Source: Treponemataceae bacterium (GTDB lineage Bacteria; Spirochaetota; Spirochaetia; Treponematales; Rectinemataceae). From it: 64,000 bases of DNA. The position numbers and the translations under genes were made by a program. Of the stretch, positions 57,964-64,000 are shown in pieces. The stretch is from positions 1 through 64,000 of the forward strand of contig CAXXGJ010000018.1 of assembly GCA_963677895.2 (NCBI GenBank), read 5' to 3'. The notes beneath the pieces were generated by a model, which worked only from the letters and a program-made list of their open reading frames with translations, was not told the DNA's origin and searched no databases. How positions within the stretch are numbered: position 1 is the stretch's first letter; each line of letters opens with the position of its first letter.

Positions 57964-58053
57964 ATGAAGCGAAACGTGTTTAACGCCAACTCCAATCTTC
58001 TCAATAATAATAATAACGGAACTGCCGCAGCGGTGCCGGGGCTGTGCGCATAG
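57964..58053 (+). promoter_or_regulatory. Asn-rich leader peptide (MKRNVFNANSNLLNNNNNGTAAAVPGLCA)
   Basis: 9 of 29 codons are Asn, five of them consecutive. It lies between the promoter and an intrinsic terminator, upstream of an asparagine synthetase. Confidence 0.8.
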
Positions 58054-58073
58054 ATAGATGAAGACTGAAATGG

Positions 58074-58103
58074 GACCGGCCCTTTATGGGGCCGGTTTTT
58101 TTT
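58074..58103 (+). terminator. Attenuator terminator
   Basis: GACCGGCCC-TTTATG-GGGCCGGTT followed by a run of T. Confidence 0.85.
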
Positions 58104-58304
58104 GGGTCCGCGTCATTGGCGAATGTCCTGAAAGCTTCTTGAAAGGAGGGCGGAGGATGATATTCAGTTATGGCATCCTCATGGGTAATGAGGTCTTTAT
58201 CCGTGACAGTTTCCGGGGAATTTTTGCGGATCCGTTTTTCGGAACGCATGCCTGAGGCCGGCTGGATTAGGCCGGACAATGTAGGATTAAGAATAGGAAC
58301 AACC

Positions 58305-59564
58305 ATGAAGACGATAAAAAGCACGTATGAATATGCAATTCCCGAAAAGGCCGAAACCATCGGCGCCGCCCTTGCCGATTGGCAGGATAGCCTGAAAAAA
58401 AAGGGAGGCTCCTTCAGCGGTCACCTAGGGAAGTACTACCTCAAAAAATGGAATGACCCGCTCCTCGCCGATGTCATGGCGATACGCACGAGTTTCATAC
58501 TCGCCATGCAGGAATTCCTGGCCGAGCGGGGATTGTCCAACATCGACAGGGTATCGCTTTCGCCCATCACCGATCCCCTCTGCCATGATGTCGAGCACGT
58601 TCCCGTCATTCACTACAAGGACGTCCCCTACCGTACGACGCATTCCATGATCTATTCGAAATTCCTGGCATGCATGAACCCCGCGGTCAGGGGCGTGTTC
58701 ATCGATTCACCCAACATCAGGCTGGAACTGCCTCATGAGGATGTCACCAAGCGGAAAAAGTACCTGATCGACTTTTCCCAGATGGATATGGAAGCGAAGC
58801 GCAGCGTCTATATATCGGATGACGATTATTTCGACGATCCCGCCAAGGTTACGCGGCTGCTCGAGAAGGAAAGGGACGAGGCCCTGGATTTCTTCGAGGA
58901 TCTGATCATTTCCGTGGTCAGGAAAGTAAAGGCCGCATGTCCCGAGTGCCTCGCCTCCCTGGGCGTCGCGCTCGATGTTCCTCAGAAACCATTTCCGCGC
59001 TTCTATAAAGACGAATCCGGGGACGACGAAGGACTCGAGGCGAGGCTTGGCGCGGCGGCGGGCACGCAGTTCTTCTGGGTGCTGGGACTTCTGAGGGAAA
59101 ACTACGATCTTGTCTATCCCTTCCTCAAAAGGGACGGCTCGGTCAGCTCGACCTCAGCCATAAGCTCGCGCCAGGTCTTCAACTACGATCTATGCGCCGC
59201 AGCGAAATATCTGGATGGTTCCTATGGCGAGGCTTTCGAGGTATTGTCGGGAGGCTTGAGGGAATGGTTCTATCCGGCGATCATCGCGCGCTTGTTGCAG
59301 AACGGCATTCTGTCGCAGGCGCCGCGTTTTGACGAACAGGGCGATATCGAGAATATCGAGGCCCTGGAAGGCTATGGCCCCTTCCTCTCCGCTGTGGCGG
59401 CCCGGACGCCCGAGGGGAAATCGCTCTTTCCCCAGACCTTCGGAGGCGGCATCGGCATCGAGAGAACTCTTTTCACGCTGCTGCAGGGACCTAAAATACA
59501 CAGCATCGACGAGACTACGTTCTTCGGGAAGAATCCCGACCAGCCGGGGCCCTTCCTGTTCTAG
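58305..59564 (+). CDS. Asparagine synthetase A-like protein (archaeal AS-AR type; AsnRS/AspRS catalytic paralogue lacking the anticodon domain)
   Basis: SPITDPL, THSMI..K, SPNIRLE, FSQMDME, NYDL...YGE..EV.SGG.RE, GGGIGIER. No N-terminal OB-fold domain. Confidence 0.75.
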   Translation: MKTIKSTYEYAIPEKAETIGAALADWQDSLKKKGGSFSGHLGKYYLKKWNDPLLADVMAIRTSFILAMQEFLAERGLSNIDRVSLSPITDPLCHDVEHVPVIHYKDVPYRTTHSMIYSKFLACMNPAVRGVFIDSPNIRLELPHEDVTKRKKYLIDFSQMDMEAKRSVYISDDDYFDDPAKVTRLLEKERDEALDFFEDLIISVVRKVKAACPECLASLGVALDVPQKPFPRFYKDESGDDEGLEARLGAAAGTQFFWVLGLLRENYDLVYPFLKRDGSVSSTSAISSRQVFNYDLCAAAKYLDGSYGEAFEVLSGGLREWFYPAIIARLLQNGILSQAPRFDEQGDIENIEALEGYGPFLSAVAARTPEGKSLFPQTFGGGIGIERTLFTLLQGPKIHSIDETTFFGKNPDQPGPFLF

Positions 59565-59587
59565 TCAGTCACTGAACGAAGCTTGGA

Positions 59588-59622
59588 GGAGGGGCCGTTT
59601 CCGGAGGAAACGGCCCCTCCTT
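59588..59622. terminator. Hairpin between convergent genes
   Basis: AGGAGGGGCCGTTTCC-GGA-GGAAACGGCCCCTCCT. Confidence 0.7.
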
Positions 59623-59631
59623 CAGACGCAG

Positions 59632-60921
59632 TCATTCCCAGTCCAGGAGACGGCGCTGCCCCTGCAAGGCCCTGAGCTCGGTGAGGTCCTGGCTTACCTC
59701 GAGGGTTCCCTTATAGCTGCCTACATCGTCGTACAAGGCATAGTATTCGATGAGGATGAAGCGGCCGCCCATCTCTATCCAGAATCTGGCCTTGTCTTTT
59801 TCCTTGTTCTTGAACGAGGCGAGAATCTTGTTCACCGTATCGACCGATTTCTGCGGGTGGCAGTTCTGGACGGTTCGTCCTATGGCCGCGGGGCTCCGCG
59901 GGAAGAGCCTGTGCGGAGAATCGGAATAATAGAGCACCCTGTCGTTCTCGTCGACGATGCTGATGTCGACGGGCATCGTCTTTAGGGCGATGTCGAGCAG
60001 TTCCTTGGAGACGCGGCCGGTGGAGAGGTTCAGCAGGTCGGCAGGGAGGTCGCGAAGACCGGCGGTCGCCGAAGAGGGCAGGTCGGACGACGCCTCGGGC
60101 GTGGCTGTTGGCGTCGTTGTTGGCGCCACCGCCGCCGTCGCTGACGACGCTTCGGGCACCGCGTTCGCCATCACCAGACCGGCATCGTAGAGCGAAGCCG
60201 GATGAATCCAGGCGAAGCCAATGGCTTCCTCCCCCTGACGGATCTCGGCCCATTCGCGGCTGGTAAGACGTCGCGTCGCTTCGGGAATAAGGATGTTTTC
60301 TTCCATGAAGATCATCTTCCTGATTTTTGAGGCCAGGGTCCTGGCCTGCGCGGAAAATTCGCCGGGCATCCTGTCCAGGGCTTGCCTGGCATCCTTGAAG
60401 AGCGCCCTGATCTCATCGTGCTTGCCCCACATCACGCGGGACGGGCCGGTGAAGCCCTGTTTTTCCAGATAAGGGAAGAGCTGATTTTCTTTCCTGGCGT
60501 AATGGATGATGATGGCCGAAAGATCGTCCAGCGCCTTCTGCGCCGTATCCCTGCTTCCGATTCCCCAGGTCCAGGATCTCGCCGCGGCCTTCAGCGCCGC
60601 GGCTTTCTTCTTCGCGAGCTTGTTTTCCTCGAGCATCGAATGAACGGGATGGCCGGCTATGCCGCTCGGCTTGTCGGCTTTGGCGAGCGAATTCTCGAAA
60701 ACCTGAACATGCACTTCGCAGAGCCTCTGGACTTCTTCGACGGGCATTCCTCCATCGATGAGGGATTGTTCCATGGCCGCCACCTCGGCGGCGCTCACCC
60801 CATGGATCAGTTTCGCGAATTCTTTTTTGACTTCGGAGACAGGGGTCCCTTCATGGAGCCTGCCTATTATTTTTTTCAGCTGTACTTGTCGCTCTGGATC
60901 GATGGTGACATATTCGCCCAT
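59632..60921 (-). CDS. DUF438 / hemerythrin-like / PAS domain protein
   Basis: EVQRLCEVH, GHPVH...EN, HYARKENQLFP, VMWGKHDEIR, MIFMEE.IL, and PAS region IGR.VQNCHP.KS. Confidence 0.88.
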   Translation of the reverse strand: MGEYVTIDPERQVQLKKIIGRLHEGTPVSEVKKEFAKLIHGVSAAEVAAMEQSLIDGGMPVEEVQRLCEVHVQVFENSLAKADKPSGIAGHPVHSMLEENKLAKKKAAALKAAARSWTWGIGSRDTAQKALDDLSAIIIHYARKENQLFPYLEKQGFTGPSRVMWGKHDEIRALFKDARQALDRMPGEFSAQARTLASKIRKMIFMEENILIPEATRRLTSREWAEIRQGEEAIGFAWIHPASLYDAGLVMANAVPEASSATAAVAPTTTPTATPEASSDLPSSATAGLRDLPADLLNLSTGRVSKELLDIALKTMPVDISIVDENDRVLYYSDSPHRLFPRSPAAIGRTVQNCHPQKSVDTVNKILASFKNKEKDKARFWIEMGGRFILIEYYALYDDVGSYKGTLEVSQDLTELRALQGQRRLLDWE

Positions 60922-61014
60922 TCTTCCCTCCCGCTATGCGAATAGTATAGACGATGGCGCGGAAGAAAGCTGTAACAGGTGTTACGGAACGTCGACTCTT
61001 TCCGAAGCTGAGGC

Positions 61015-61947
61015 TCAACGATTCGAGTCGGGTTTCGCGTCGGCCGCGGTGAGCCCGAACTTTTCATCTTCGACGTTTCCCAAGGGCTCGATGTGGACGA
61101 TGACATCGTATATGTCGGGGAGCGACTCCTTGATGGATTCCTCCACGTCGACCGCGATTTTATGGGCATCGCGCACGCTCATGCCGGGTTCCACTTCTAT
61201 GTCCAGGTCGACGATGAGCATCGAGCCGATGCGCCGCAGCCGCGCCCTATGAGGGTTGCCTGCCTCCGGCACCCTGGCTATGGCGGCGAAGAGTTCTTTG
61301 TACTGGCCATGGCTGTTAAGGCCGTCCATGAGTTCGGTATTGGCTTCCAGGAATATCTCCACGGCATTTTTGAGAATCCATAGCGATACGAGGGCAGCGA
61401 GAATCTTGTCCATGACCGGGATGCCGGTGATATAGGTCAGAACCAGCCCGACGAGGACGGCGGAGGAAGTCACCACATCGCCGCGCATGTTCTTGCCGTT
61501 GGCTATAAGCATGGCCGAGCCGCTTTTTTTGCCGTAGTAGAACTGGCTCCACGCGAGGGCGAGCTTTCCGATTATGGAGGCGATCGTCACCCATACGGCC
61601 ATCATCGAGGGCATGACGCTCACGGTTCCTCTCGCAATCTGGCCGATCGCGTTTATGAGAACCTGGGCGCCCGCGTAGAATACGATGAAGGAGATGAGGG
61701 CTGTGGCTATCGTCTCGATTCTTCCGTGGCCATAGGGATGTTCCCTGTCGCCGGGCTTGGCCGAAATCTTTCCGGCCACAAGGGTCATGGCGGCGATGAG
61801 GACGTCGGTGGCCGAATCGATGCCGTCCGAGAGCACGGCAAGGCTTCCCGAAACGCTGCCTATTACGATTTTCAGGCTGGCGAGAAGGCTGTTGCCTACG
61901 AGGGCGATCCAGCTCGCTTTGCGCAATGAAGCGCTTCTGCTGTTCAT
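61015..61947 (-). CDS. Cation diffusion facilitator family transporter
   Basis: S.AV.SDGIDS..D, HPYGHGRIE, C-terminal AH.IA...IVHIEP. Confidence 0.9.
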   Translation of the reverse strand: MNSRSASLRKASWIALVGNSLLASLKIVIGSVSGSLAVLSDGIDSATDVLIAAMTLVAGKISAKPGDREHPYGHGRIETIATALISFIVFYAGAQVLINAIGQIARGTVSVMPSMMAVWVTIASIIGKLALAWSQFYYGKKSGSAMLIANGKNMRGDVVTSSAVLVGLVLTYITGIPVMDKILAALVSLWILKNAVEIFLEANTELMDGLNSHGQYKELFAAIARVPEAGNPHRARLRRIGSMLIVDLDIEVEPGMSVRDAHKIAVDVEESIKESLPDIYDVIVHIEPLGNVEDEKFGLTAADAKPDSNR

Positions 61948-61963
61948 AATGACTCCGCTTGTT

Positions 61964-63262
61964 TTAGAGGGACTCCAGAATCCCGTCGGCCGCGCGCAGG
62001 CCTGAAGCCCAGGCCGCGGTTATCCCTCGGCTCGTGCCCGCGCCGTCGCCCACGAGGTAAAGACCTTCGGCCGCCCTGAAATGGTTGTCGTCGAAGGCGG
62101 GACGATTCGCGTAGAGCTTGATTTCGGGATAATACATGATGGTGCTCGGGTGGAGGAGGCCGGGGACGATCGAATCGAGCAGCTTCATCCCGTTCCATAG
62201 CGCGTTGAGAATCTTGGCCGGCGCCGAGAGGCCTATATCGCCGGGGGTGCATGAGGGCAAAGTCGGCTCGAAATCGTAGAGGTCTCCCGAGAAGGATTCG
62301 GCGAATGAACGCTTGCCGAGCCTGAAGTCGCCGATCCTCTGCATTATCGGCCTGCCGCCGCCGAGAAGGGCGGCCTGCATGCCCAGCATCCTTGCGTAGG
62401 CTTGGCCCGACGCGAGAGGCGCGGTGAGAGTGACTGTCTTCAGGATCGCGAAGTTGGTGAGACCGTTTTCGGGGCGGGACGATGACCAGGCATGGCCGTT
62501 CACCGAATACCAGACGCCCGATTCCTGGTCGCCGTACTTTTCCTGCACTACATAGGCCGATCGCGAATTGGTGCAGAAGGTCCTTGTCTTTTTCGGGAAA
62601 AGGAACTTGGGATCGTAGTAATCCCTCACGATGGGATAGCGTTCTTCCTTCGTCTCCACCCGCACGCCAATATCGACGACGTTGTCGCGATAGGATATGC
62701 CGGCGCCGTTCATCATCTGCTGGAGGAAGGCGAAGCCTCCGCGCCCCGGCGCGATGATGAGGTTCTTGTAGGCTATTTCCCTTTTGTCCGTGGTTACGAT
62801 TTTGCGCTCGGCGTCGAGGCTCAGCATTTTTTCGCCCAGGGAAATCTCGGCGCCGAGCTTTCCGAGGCGGGCGACGAGCGTCTTTATCAATTCGAGGCCG
62901 CCGTCGGTTCCCAGGTGGGACTGTCGGATTTCCAGGAGCTTGACGCCCAGTTTTTCGGCCCTGTGAAAATAGACGCCGACGTTCTTCTTGTCCATGATGT
63001 CGGGAAGGAGGAAGTCTTCGACCCTGCGCAGATAATATTCGGCCAGTTCCCTGTTCCAGCAGACTTCGGGAAAACCGATGGGCCAGGAGAAGTTCATTTT
63101 GCAGTCGTTGCGCAATCCGCCGGAGGATACTTCGTTTTTGTCCAGGATGAGGAGGGATAGGTCGGATTTGCCGACCTTGGGCCCGTGATCCTCGAGAAGG
63201 CCAAATGCCGCCCCCAGGCCGGCGGGACCCGTGCCAATTATCAGTACGTCGACTTTATTCAT
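61964..63262 (-). CDS. FAD-dependent oxidoreductase
   Basis: IIGTGPAG, HLGTD, APGRGG, DIGVRVE, RTFCTN, VNGH, GDGAG.SRGI. Confidence 0.85.
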   Translation of the reverse strand: MNKVDVLIIGTGPAGLGAAFGLLEDHGPKVGKSDLSLLILDKNEVSSGGLRNDCKMNFSWPIGFPEVCWNRELAEYYLRRVEDFLLPDIMDKKNVGVYFHRAEKLGVKLLEIRQSHLGTDGGLELIKTLVARLGKLGAEISLGEKMLSLDAERKIVTTDKREIAYKNLIIAPGRGGFAFLQQMMNGAGISYRDNVVDIGVRVETKEERYPIVRDYYDPKFLFPKKTRTFCTNSRSAYVVQEKYGDQESGVWYSVNGHAWSSSRPENGLTNFAILKTVTLTAPLASGQAYARMLGMQAALLGGGRPIMQRIGDFRLGKRSFAESFSGDLYDFEPTLPSCTPGDIGLSAPAKILNALWNGMKLLDSIVPGLLHPSTIMYYPEIKLYANRPAFDDNHFRAAEGLYLVGDGAGTSRGITAAWASGLRAADGILESL

Positions 63263-64000
63263 CGTTTTGCCAGGTATTTCCTTATGTCTACGGCGACAGC
63301 CGCTATGATGATAGCGCCTTTGATGATTTGCTGCCAGTAGGGGTTCATGTTGATGAAGGTGAGTCCATAGGAAATGATGCTGAAGATGAGGACGCCTATG
63401 ACCATGCCCGGAACCGTGCCGATGCCTCCCGAGGTCGATACGCCGCCGACGACGCAGGCCGCGATGGCGTCCAGCTCATAGCCATTGCCGTAGTTGTTCG
63501 TGGCGCCGCCCGTCCTCGCCGCCTCGAGCGTTCCCGCGAGCCCGTAGAGGGCGCCCGCTATCGCGTAGATGGTGATGAGGTTCTTCTGGACCGGAACGCC
63601 AGAGACCTTGGCCGCCTCGGGGTTGCCGCCGATGGCGTAAACGTTCTTGCCGAATCTCGTCTTGTTGTGGAGCACCCACACGATCGCCGCTATGATCAGG
63701 GCGATAATGACGATGTAGGGTATCGAATAGGTACCGTCGAATCCGACATAGCCCGAGCCCAGGGTGGTGAGATCCTTGCGCAGGCCTCCGATGGGCTGGG
63801 CGCCGTAGGGCGGCCTGTCGAAGTAAATCGAGGTTATTCCGTAGGTCGCCACCATGGTGCCGAGGGTCGCGATGAAGGGAGGGACCTTGAGGTAGGCGAT
63901 GATCGTCCCGTTGACAAGACCGACGACGGTGCAGACCGCGATCGCGATGAGGATGGGTATCCAGATGGGAAGCTCGGGCATGGTGGGATACATGCGCCGC
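63259..64000 (-). CDS. Galactoside/ribose-type ABC permease (MglC-like), 5' end outside the window
   Basis: VPPFIATLG, TRFGKNVYAIGGNPEAAKVSG, YELDAIAACVVGGVS..GG.G. Confidence 0.88.
   Translation of the reverse strand, partial: RRMYPTMPELPIWIPILIAIAVCTVVGLVNGTIIAYLKVPPFIATLGTMVATYGITSIYFDRPPYGAQPIGGLRKDLTTLGSGYVGFDGTYSIPYIVIIALIIAAIVWVLHNKTRFGKNVYAIGGNPEAAKVSGVPVQKNLITIYAIAGALYGLAGTLEAARTGGATNNYGNGYELDAIAACVVGGVSTSGGIGTVPGMVIGVLIFSIISYGLTFINMNPYWQQIIKGAIIIAAVAVDIRKYLAKR

Noticed and set aside
58001..58020. (AAT)n as a mere microsatellite, or the YYYY end of the minus-strand ORF 58001-58360
   Set aside because: The in-frame Asn run in a uORF between a promoter and a terminator, in front of an Asn-related enzyme, is a better explanation. 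The minus-strand ORF is a shadow.
1..64000. CRISPR array, rRNA, prophage or retron/RT
   Set aside because: I saw no regularly spaced 25-45 bp repeats with unique spacers, and no cas, rRNA, phage structural or reverse-transcriptase motifs.

Overview
Bacterial chromosome segment, GC-rich in its core genes. It is most likely from a spirochaete (an inference from the treponemal-style LysM and TPR lipoproteins and the gene repertoire). From left to right it holds: (1) the 5' end of an rsgA-like gene with a short leader ORF; (2) a maltodextrin locus (malQ, two ABC permeases, a binding protein, a LacI-type operator); (3) a lower-GC eight-gene chaperone-usher-type pilus cluster next to tRNA-Val; (4) housekeeping and envelope genes with tRNA-Phe and tRNA-Pro; (5) a ~20.5 kb defence island after tRNA-Pro; (6) core metabolic and transport genes, including an SH3/M48/CHASE2-cyclase trio, an ECF biotin transporter and an archaeal-type asparagine synthetase. 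The island contains two Fic genes, IS3 debris, a complete type I R-M locus carrying rhuM-like and yhcG-like genes, and a seven-gene operon. That operon combines three TIR proteins (one fused to SLOG) with homologues of phage thymidine-hypermodification enzymes (thymidylate synthase-like, dTMP kinase-like, Nmad2, aGPT-Pplase1/5-hmdU kinase-type). It is the best candidate for an undescribed system. Other notable findings are an Asn-rich leader-peptide attenuator in front of the asparagine synthetase, an hsdM::hsdS deletion scar heading the TIR operon, and the pilus cluster. All family assignments come from motif recognition by eye; no database search was run. Several single-base frameshifts probably reflect sequencing or assembly error.
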